Source: an uncultured Eubacteriales bacterium
GTDB taxonomy: Bacteria; Bacillota; Clostridia; TANB77; RGIG9151
Assembly: GCA_964640345.1 (NCBI GenBank)
Contig: CAZXFU010000025.1
Location: forward strand, 11,121-17,446
Length of the DNA stretch: 6,326 nt
Reading direction: 5' to 3'
Shown here piece after piece: positions 1-5,516 of this stretch (position 1 is its first letter; each line of letters begins with the position of its first letter). The notes under the pieces were generated by a model, which saw only the letters and a program-made list of their open reading frames with translations, searched no databases and was not told the DNA's origin. The translations under genes and the position numbers were made by a program.

Positions 1-112
1 TACTTACTGTTGTGTCTTCTTCTTTATTTATTTCGCTCGTCTCGTTACTTACTGTTGTGTCTTCTTCTTTATTTATTTCGTTCGTCTCGTTACTTACTGT
101 TGTGTCTTCTTC
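1..112. repeat. 45-bp direct tandem repeat, about 2.5 copies visible (units start at 1, 46 and 91), in frame within the 1-316 minus-strand CDS
   Basis: Units 1-45 and 46-90 differ at one position (c36 versus t81, which gives Ser versus Asn). Positions 91-112 are identical to the first 22 nt of the unit and then diverge. The encoded unit is EEDTTVSNET(N/S)EINK. The array abuts the window edge, so it may continue to the left. Confidence 0.92.
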
Positions 113-316
113 CTCGCTATCTCCACTTATAGTTACTTCATCACTGATTATTTGTTGTTCTGAAGTCAAATTGCTACTTTCGTCGCTAATATTAGAAGGG
201 ACTAGCGTAGATGCATATGAAATATTCACATACGGAAAAAAGGTCATCACAATCATGCAAATAGCCAAATAATATGCCAATATTCTTTTCAACTTAGTAA
301 AACCTCTAGTATTCAT
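1..316 (-). CDS. Secreted acidic tandem-repeat protein, N-terminal part (gene continues beyond the left edge of the window)
   Basis: The ATG is the reverse complement of 314-316. It is preceded by the SD GGAAGGAG (reverse complement of 324-331) with a 7-nt spacer. My translation is MNTRGFTKLKRILAYYLAICMIVMTFFPYVNISYA|STLVPSNISDESSNLTSEQQIISDEVTISGDSEEEDTTVSNETNEINKEEDTTVSNETSEINKEEDTTVS. It has a basic n-region, a hydrophobic h-region and an SYA|S signal-peptidase-I-like site, followed by a low-complexity acidic/Ser/Thr/Asn repeat region. The frame has no stop down to position 1. It is absent from the ORF track because it is edge-truncated. I recognise no homolog. Confidence 0.75.
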   Translation of the reverse strand, partial: MNTRGFTKLKRILAYYLAICMIVMTFFPYVNISYASTLVPSNISDESSNLTSEQQIISDEVTISGDSEEEDTTVSNETNEINKEEDTTVSNETSEINKEEDTTVS

Positions 317-508
317 CTAACTACTCCTTCCTTGGAAATAACCTTTCTAAATCTTTTTCGTTATATTATTATATTTATGTTAATTTTATTAAAACATTAT
401 ACAAGAACCACTTAAACAGTCGCTCTACAATATATGAATTAATTATTAACCGAAAAAACTTAAAACAGCCACCAATTATTAGTAGTCAGATTTAACTTAA
501 TTTTTATT

Positions 509-1555
509 CTATCTTATTGTTCCACCTCCAAGCACGATATCTCCGTCATAAAAAACAGCAGACTGCCCCGGCGTAATCGCTCTTTGCGGCTCATCAAAAA
601 CAACTTTTATATTTCCATCACTAAGCGGAATTAAAGTAGCCTTCTCAGGTCTAGCAGAATACCTTATCTTTACAAAAGCCGAAATAGGCGAATTTATCTC
701 AGGAATTGCCATGAAATTAACCTCTTCACAAATCAAGCTATCCTCAAATAAATCCTCATTATCTCCTAAAACCACCTCATTTTTAGCAACATCAACATTC
801 ACAACATACATACGCTTTTGAAATGCAATATCAAGCCCTTTTCTCTGCCCGACAGTATAATGAATTATCCCTTTATGTCTCCCTAAAACCTTTCCTTTTT
901 TATCAACAAAATTCCCCGGCTTTGGCTTATACTCATAATTATCCTTAATGAACCTCACATAATCGTCATCCTCAACAAAGCAAATCTCCTGGCTATCTTG
1001 CCTTTCCGCATTAATTAAACCGTTTTTAGTAGCAATCTTACGAATCTCTTCCTTCTCATAATCTCCAAGTGGCATTATAACATGGCTTAACTGCTCTTGC
1101 GTAAGTTTATATAAAGCATAAGTCTGATCTTTTTTATCAGTCTTGGATTTCTGTAAAAAATATCTCCCTGTTTCTCTATTAAAGCCAACCTTAGCATAAT
1201 GACCCGTAGCAATATATTCGCAATTAAATTTATTTAACGCGGCATCTAAAAGAGCCCCGAATTTAAGATATCTGTTACACATATTGCAAGGGTTTGGCGT
1301 TCTGCCTGCCATATACTCGCATGCAAAATAATCGATAACATTTTTTTTAAAAATGTCACAAAAATCCACCACATGATATTCTATCCCAAGCTTCTCACAA
1401 ACCGCCATAGCATCAGTTACCGTATTCTCCTTATATTCCTCGCTGTCTAGTAACTTCATGGTAACTCCAACTACTTCATAACCCTTTTCTTTTAACAATA
1501 GTGCAGTAACAGAACTATCAACTCCACCACTCATACCAACTAAAACTCGCTTCAT
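509..1555 (-). CDS. mnmA: tRNA 2-thiouridine(34) synthase MnmA (tRNA-specific 2-thiouridylase)
   Basis: PP-loop ATP-binding motif MSGGVDSS at the N-terminus. Conserved catalytic-cysteine contexts TPNPCNMCN and DSQEICF. The length and overall sequence are typical of MnmA. I prefer the ATG at 1555 (MKRVLVGMSGGVDSS) because GAGG lies 7 nt upstream. The track's start at 1579 adds 8 residues and has only a weak SD. Confidence 0.93.
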   Translation of the reverse strand: MKRVLVGMSGGVDSSVTALLLKEKGYEVVGVTMKLLDSEEYKENTVTDAMAVCEKLGIEYHVVDFCDIFKKNVIDYFACEYMAGRTPNPCNMCNRYLKFGALLDAALNKFNCEYIATGHYAKVGFNRETGRYFLQKSKTDKKDQTYALYKLTQEQLSHVIMPLGDYEKEEIRKIATKNGLINAERQDSQEICFVEDDDYVRFIKDNYEYKPKPGNFVDKKGKVLGRHKGIIHYTVGQRKGLDIAFQKRMYVVNVDVAKNEVVLGDNEDLFEDSLICEEVNFMAIPEINSPISAFVKIRYSARPEKATLIPLSDGNIKVVFDEPQRAITPGQSAVFYDGDIVLGGGTIR

Positions 1556-1643
1556 TGCCACACCTCTTACACTTTCCATACTTTAAACTACCTAAAAAAT
1601 ATTAATATATACTCTAAAATATATAACTGATAAAAATTATGTA

Positions 1644-2051
1644 TTAAACCCCGGTCACAATGAATTTCCTTTCATCATCTCCAAGTTTTTCTATCCTTAT
1701 ATCAATGGCATCTTCAGGGATTGCATCCTTCACAACATCGCTCCACTCAATAATACATATTCCTTTTTCAAAATACTCTTCTCCACCGATTGCATAAAAT
1801 TCATCTTCATCAGCCAAACGATAAACATCAAAATGAAAAACCGGATAATTTCCGCTATATTCATTAACTAATGTAAAAGTAGGACTTGAAATTTCGTTTA
1901 TTCCAAAAGCACTGCAAAAGCCTCTCACGAAAACCGTTTTTCCGGCTCCAAGTTCTCCGTTTAAGCAAATAACTCTATTGCCATGAATTTCCTTTGCTAA
2001 ATTACACGCAAAATCCGTAGTCTCTTTCTCACTTCGAGTAATAACTTCCAT
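1644..2051 (-). CDS. tsaE: tRNA threonylcarbamoyladenosine (t6A37) biosynthesis ATPase TsaE (YjeE family)
   Basis: 135 aa, with Walker A GELGAGKT and the family-typical SPTFTLVNEY and HFDVYRL motifs. The SD AGGTGA overlaps the trxB stop codon, and the gap to trxB is 4 nt. Confidence 0.9.
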   Translation of the reverse strand: MEVITRSEKETTDFACNLAKEIHGNRVICLNGELGAGKTVFVRGFCSAFGINEISSPTFTLVNEYSGNYPVFHFDVYRLADEDEFYAIGGEEYFEKGICIIEWSDVVKDAIPEDAIDIRIEKLGDDERKFIVTGV

Positions 2052-2055
2052 AATC

Positions 2056-2973
2056 TCACCTGTTTTCTAAAACAATTTTTCCGGCAGCCTGAGCCGCAAT
2101 AGCACCATCTGCACAAGCAGTAACAATCTGCCTTAAAACAGTATCTCTGACATCCCCGACAGCAAAAACACCCGTAACGCTTGTCTGCATATTTTTATCT
2201 GTAATAATATATCCGGCATCATTTACATCAACAAAATCTCTAAACGCATCGCTGTTAGGAATTGTTCCAACCGCAACAAACACACCTTGAACAGGAATAA
2301 TTTTTTCATTTCCCTCATTATCTGTAATAACAACACCTTCAACTTCAAATTTTCCTAAAATATCTTTCGGTATTGAATTAACAATGATTTCAATATTTTC
2401 AGTCTTTTTAACCTGTTCTTGTAAAATCTTCTCTGCCCTAAACTCACTTCTTCTATGAATAATATACACTTTTTTGCAAATATTCGCTAAAAACAAAGCA
2501 TCCTCAAAAGCAGTATTTCCGCCGCCAATAACTGCAACTTCAGCCCCTCTGTAGAAATTACCGTCGCATGTCGCACAATATGAAACACCACTGCCGCGAA
2601 GTCTTTTTTCACTTTCCAAGCCTAAATTTCTAGGGCTTGCCCCAAGTGCCAAAATAACCGTATATGCAAAATACTCATTATTTGACGTAACCACACTAAA
2701 TAAGTTTCCTTCTTTTTTAATAGTCTTTACTTCTTCATTAATATACTCTGTGTTAAAATTTTTAGCTTGTTTATCCAATATAGTTGCAAGTTCAAATCCG
2801 CTTATTTTCTCTATTCCGGGGAAATTTTCAATTTCATTTGTATATGCCATCTGACCACCAAGCGAAGTCTTTTCAAAAACCGCAGTCCTAAGACCCGCAC
2901 GAGCAGCATAAATAGCCGCTGTCATTCCTCCCGGGCCGGATCCTATAATTAAAACGTCAATAATATTCTTCAT
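2056..2973 (-). CDS. trxB: Thioredoxin-disulfide reductase (low-Mr, NADPH-dependent)
   Basis: FAD-binding motif GSGPGG, redox-active CATCDG, NADPH-binding site GGGNTAFEDA followed by HRRSEFRA, and a C-terminal GVFAVGD motif. I prefer the ATG at 2973 (MKNIID...) because GAGGAG lies 8 nt upstream. The track's ATG at 2979 sits only 2 nt after that SD and would form an ATGA overlap with the upstream stop. Confidence 0.93.
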   Translation of the reverse strand: MKNIIDVLIIGSGPGGMTAAIYAARAGLRTAVFEKTSLGGQMAYTNEIENFPGIEKISGFELATILDKQAKNFNTEYINEEVKTIKKEGNLFSVVTSNNEYFAYTVILALGASPRNLGLESEKRLRGSGVSYCATCDGNFYRGAEVAVIGGGNTAFEDALFLANICKKVYIIHRRSEFRAEKILQEQVKKTENIEIIVNSIPKDILGKFEVEGVVITDNEGNEKIIPVQGVFVAVGTIPNSDAFRDFVDVNDAGYIITDKNMQTSVTGVFAVGDVRDTVLRQIVTACADGAIAAQAAGKIVLENR

Positions 2974-2975
2974 AC

Positions 2976-3908
2976 TCATTTCTCCTCAAATTTAATTTCT
3001 TTAACATTCTTAATAATATCCTCAGCTGTAAGTCCAAACTCAGTTAAAAGTTCTTTTGCAGGTCCGGACTTTCCGAACATATCCATAACCCCGACTTTAA
3101 GCACACGAGTCGGATAAGTTTCAGTTAAAACCTCTGAAACTGCACCTCCAAGCCCGCCTATAACGTTATGTTCTTCAGCAGTAACAATGCCACTTGTTTC
3201 CTTTGCTGCCTTTATTATAATATCTCTATCCAATGGCTTTATAGTATGAATATCTATAACTCTAACCGAAATTCCCTCTTCTTTTAACCTTTCATGTGCC
3301 TTAACCGCTTCACTAACCATTAAACCAGTTGCTATAACTGTAACATCACTACCGTCTCTTACGACCTTTCCTTTTCCAAATTCAAATTCCGTCTTATCGT
3401 CATACACTTCCTCTGCTTTACTTCTCCCAAGTCTTATATAAACGGGGCCGTTAATCCTAGTCGCCTCATTTATAGCCCATTTCGTCTCAAACTCATCACA
3501 AGGGCACAAAACCGTCATATTCGGCAATACCCTCATAAGAGCAATATCTTCAAGCATCTGGTGAGTAGCACCGTCTTCCCCAACAGTAATTCCGGCATGA
3601 GTCGCCGCAATTTTCACATTAAGTTTTGGATATGCGACAGAATTTCTGATTTGGTCGTACGCACGACCTGCTGCAAAAACCGCAAACGTACTTGCAAAAG
3701 GGATTTTCCCGCAAGCAGCAAGTCCCGCTGCAGTTCCTATCATATCTGCCTCTTTAATACCCATATCAAAAAATCTATTCGGAAAAACCTTCTTAAATCC
3801 AATAGTCTTTGTAGCATTAGCAAGATCCGCGTCTAAAACAACAACTTTATCATTAACCTGACCAAGCTCAACAAGAGCATTACCGTAAGCCTCACGAGTT
3901 GCTATCAT
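2976..3908 (-). CDS. Transketolase, C-terminal subunit (pyrimidine-binding plus C-terminal domains of a split transketolase)
   Basis: 310 aa. FFDMGIKEADMIGTAAGLA and THAGITVGEDGATHQ match the transketolase/DXS Pyr-domain signatures. It lies directly downstream of the N-terminal subunit gene. The SD GGAGGG is 6 nt upstream of the ATG. Confidence 0.9.
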   Translation of the reverse strand: MIATREAYGNALVELGQVNDKVVVLDADLANATKTIGFKKVFPNRFFDMGIKEADMIGTAAGLAACGKIPFASTFAVFAAGRAYDQIRNSVAYPKLNVKIAATHAGITVGEDGATHQMLEDIALMRVLPNMTVLCPCDEFETKWAINEATRINGPVYIRLGRSKAEEVYDDKTEFEFGKGKVVRDGSDVTVIATGLMVSEAVKAHERLKEEGISVRVIDIHTIKPLDRDIIIKAAKETSGIVTAEEHNVIGGLGGAVSEVLTETYPTRVLKVGVMDMFGKSGPAKELLTEFGLTAEDIIKNVKEIKFEEK

Positions 3909-3921
3909 AAAAATCCCTCCT

Positions 3922-4737
3922 CTATTTTAATTCTTCTATTGCAATCTTATATTCTTCATCACTAGGTGCCTTTCCATGCCACCCAACTTGGTTTTCCATA
4001 AAGCTAACGCCTTTTCCTTTAACAGTGTGTGCAACAATGACTGTCGGCTTGTCCTTACTCTTTTTCGCCTCAACTATCGCTTTATGAATCGCATTAAAAT
4101 CATGACCGTCAATTTCAAGTGCATTCCACCCAAACGCTTCAAACTTTTCTTTAATAGGAGTAACATTCATAACTTCTTTTACAGACCCGTCAATCTGTAA
4201 TCCGTTAAAGTCCACAAATGCAATAACATTACTTAGCTTATAATGAGCAGACGTTAAAGCAGCTTCCCAAATCTGACCTTCGGCAATCTCTCCATCTCCC
4301 ATAATAACGTAAACATAATAATTTTTATCATCTAATTTCCCGGCAATAGCCATACCGTTTGCAATAGATAATCCTTGACCCAAAGAGCCGCTTGTCATAT
4401 CAATTCCGGGTATTTTATTCATATCCGGATGACCTTGAAGATAGCTATCTGTTTTTCTAAAAGTCTTTAAATCCTCCACAGGAAAAAAGCCTCTATTTGC
4501 CAAAGTTGAATAAATTGCAGGAGAAGCATGACCTTTAGATAAAATACATCTGTCTCTATCTTCCATTCTCGGCTCATTCGGATTTATTTTCATCTCATTA
4601 AAAAACAAATCAACCAAAATATCTGTACAAGAAAGTGAGCCACCGGGATGACCGGATTTGCCGTTATACACAGCCTCAATAATTCCTCTTCTAACTCTCT
4701 TTGCAATATCTTTTAGTTCGCTATTAGAATATGACAT
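3922..4737 (-). CDS. Transketolase, N-terminal subunit (thiamine-diphosphate-binding domain of a split transketolase)
   Basis: 271 aa. It has SGHPGGSLS and the ThDP motif GDGEIAEGQIWEA...VDFNG. The SD AAGGGGG is 7 nt upstream and overlaps the ruvA stop region. Confidence 0.9.
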   Translation of the reverse strand: MSYSNSELKDIAKRVRRGIIEAVYNGKSGHPGGSLSCTDILVDLFFNEMKINPNEPRMEDRDRCILSKGHASPAIYSTLANRGFFPVEDLKTFRKTDSYLQGHPDMNKIPGIDMTSGSLGQGLSIANGMAIAGKLDDKNYYVYVIMGDGEIAEGQIWEAALTSAHYKLSNVIAFVDFNGLQIDGSVKEVMNVTPIKEKFEAFGWNALEIDGHDFNAIHKAIVEAKKSKDKPTVIVAHTVKGKGVSFMENQVGWHGKAPSDEEYKIAIEELK

Positions 4738-4749
4738 AATTAAGCCCCC

Positions 4750-5340
4750 TTATTTATTTTTTAACGCAAGCTTTACTATTTCTTCTACCTTCATATCTTC
4801 TCGAATTACGGCATTTACCATGCTTACAGCATCTTTATTAGGATACCCTAAAACTTGAAGAGCAGAAATTGCCTCTTCAACATCATTACTTACAACACTA
4901 CGTAAAACCGGTGCTTCGTCGGTATTATCCATTTCTACCGATTTCATTTTATCTTTAAGCTCAATAATTATTCTTTGAGCAGTCTTTTTACCAATTCCTG
5001 AAATCTTAACAAGCCGATTTACATCATCTGTAATAACTGCTAAGCTAAAGTCTGCTGGTGTTATATCTGATAAAACACCGGCTGCAAGTTTTGGACCTAT
5101 TCCGCTAACAGAAATAAGTTGTTCAAAAATTTTCTTTTCCTCAAGTGAGTAAAAACCAAACAAAGAAACATTATCTTCTCGAACCGCCATATATGTATAT
5201 AATTTTACCTCACTATCCAGGTCTGGCAGTAAAATATATGTTGAATGTGGAATTTGAAGGTCGTACCCCACTCCACCTACATCTATAACAACATTCTCCG
5301 CACTTTTTAATACTAATTTCCCTCTTAAATACGCAAACAT
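4750..5340 (-). CDS. ruvA: Holliday junction branch migration complex subunit RuvA
   Basis: 196 aa. The N-terminus MFAYLRGKL is typical. Two helix-hairpin-helix motifs are present (SVSGIGPKLA and ISGIGKKTAQRI), and the C-terminal domain III resembles ALQVLGY. The SD GGAGG is 7 nt upstream of the ATG. Confidence 0.92.
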   Translation of the reverse strand: MFAYLRGKLVLKSAENVVIDVGGVGYDLQIPHSTYILLPDLDSEVKLYTYMAVREDNVSLFGFYSLEEKKIFEQLISVSGIGPKLAAGVLSDITPADFSLAVITDDVNRLVKISGIGKKTAQRIIIELKDKMKSVEMDNTDEAPVLRSVVSNDVEEAISALQVLGYPNKDAVSMVNAVIREDMKVEEIVKLALKNK

Positions 5341-5403
5341 ACTGTTTCCTCCATTTTCTTATGTAATAGGAAATTCCTCTTCCACCTCTTTTATGTATGG
5401 TTT

Positions 5404-5432
5404 ATTCTATCACATTTTTAAAATCAACTCAA
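5404..5432 (-). promoter_or_regulatory. Putative sigma-A-type promoter of the ruvA-tkt-trxB-tsaE(-mnmA) operon
   Basis: On the minus strand the sequence reads TTGAGT (reverse complement of 5427-5432), then a 17-nt spacer, then TAGAAT (reverse complement of 5404-5409). The -10 is preceded by TGa, an extended -10. It lies between the upstream terminator and the ruvA RBS, about 60 nt upstream of the ATG. This is a sequence match only. Confidence 0.55.
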
Positions 5433-5459
5433 GTATGTAAAAAACTTAGTTTTAGTCAC

Positions 5460-5487
5460 AAAAAACCTGTGGAAATCCACAGGTTTT
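5460..5487 (-). terminator. Rho-independent terminator downstream of the 5517-6326 gene
   Basis: The stem CCTGTGG (5466-5472) pairs with CCACAGG (5477-5483) around a 4-nt loop, and flanking A/T pairs can extend it. On the minus-strand transcript the hairpin is followed by six U (reverse complement of 5460-5465). It starts 29 nt after the stop codon at 5517-5519. Confidence 0.8.
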
Positions 5488-5516
5488 ATAGTATATAAAA
5501 TTTTGCCGAACAGTTA

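Noticed and set aside
1-112. Possible CRISPR array, suggested by the regular direct repeats
   Set aside because: The 45-bp units abut each other directly with no unique spacers. They lie in frame within a coding sequence and there are no cas genes, so this is a coding tandem repeat and not a CRISPR array.
12-272. Plus-strand 86-aa ORF from the track (MSSSLFISLVSLLTVVSSS...)
   Set aside because: It is the antisense shadow of the repeat-containing minus-strand gene. It has no SD upstream of its ATG, and its sequence is low-complexity and repeat-driven. The opposite strand has a strong RBS and a signal peptide.
317-508. AT-rich 192-nt spacer between mnmA and the secreted-protein gene, considered as a possible riboswitch, sRNA, terminator or promoter. 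It contains a TATAAT (reverse complement of 396-401) and the imperfect direct repeats acttaaacag and acttaaaacag.
   Set aside because: I found no stable GC-containing hairpin with a U-tract and no recognisable riboswitch core. The -10-like hexamer has no acceptable -35 at 16-18 nt, and such hexamers are frequent in AT-rich DNA. This is not enough to call a feature.
1580-1643. Possible internal promoter for mnmA in the tsaE-mnmA spacer (TTATCA ... TATATA-like elements on the minus strand)
   Set aside because: The spacer is almost pure A/T, so several equally poor -35/-10 pairings exist. With no terminator after tsaE, read-through from the ruvA promoter explains mnmA expression equally well.
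2767-4858. Plus-strand ORFs 2767-2952, 3561-3836, 3976-4200 and 4658-4858
   Set aside because: All are embedded antisense in confidently identified minus-strand genes (trxB, both transketolase subunits, and the tkt/ruvA junction). They have no RBS and odd composition, which is typical of shadow ORFs in AT-rich DNA.
5368-5378. Inverted repeat AGGAA-A-TTCCT in the ruvA 5' leader, considered as a possible operator or SOS box
   Set aside because: It has only 5-bp arms. It does not match the Gram-positive LexA consensus GAAC-N4-GTTC, and no such box is seen near the promoter. A repeat this short is expected by chance in a T/C-rich leader.
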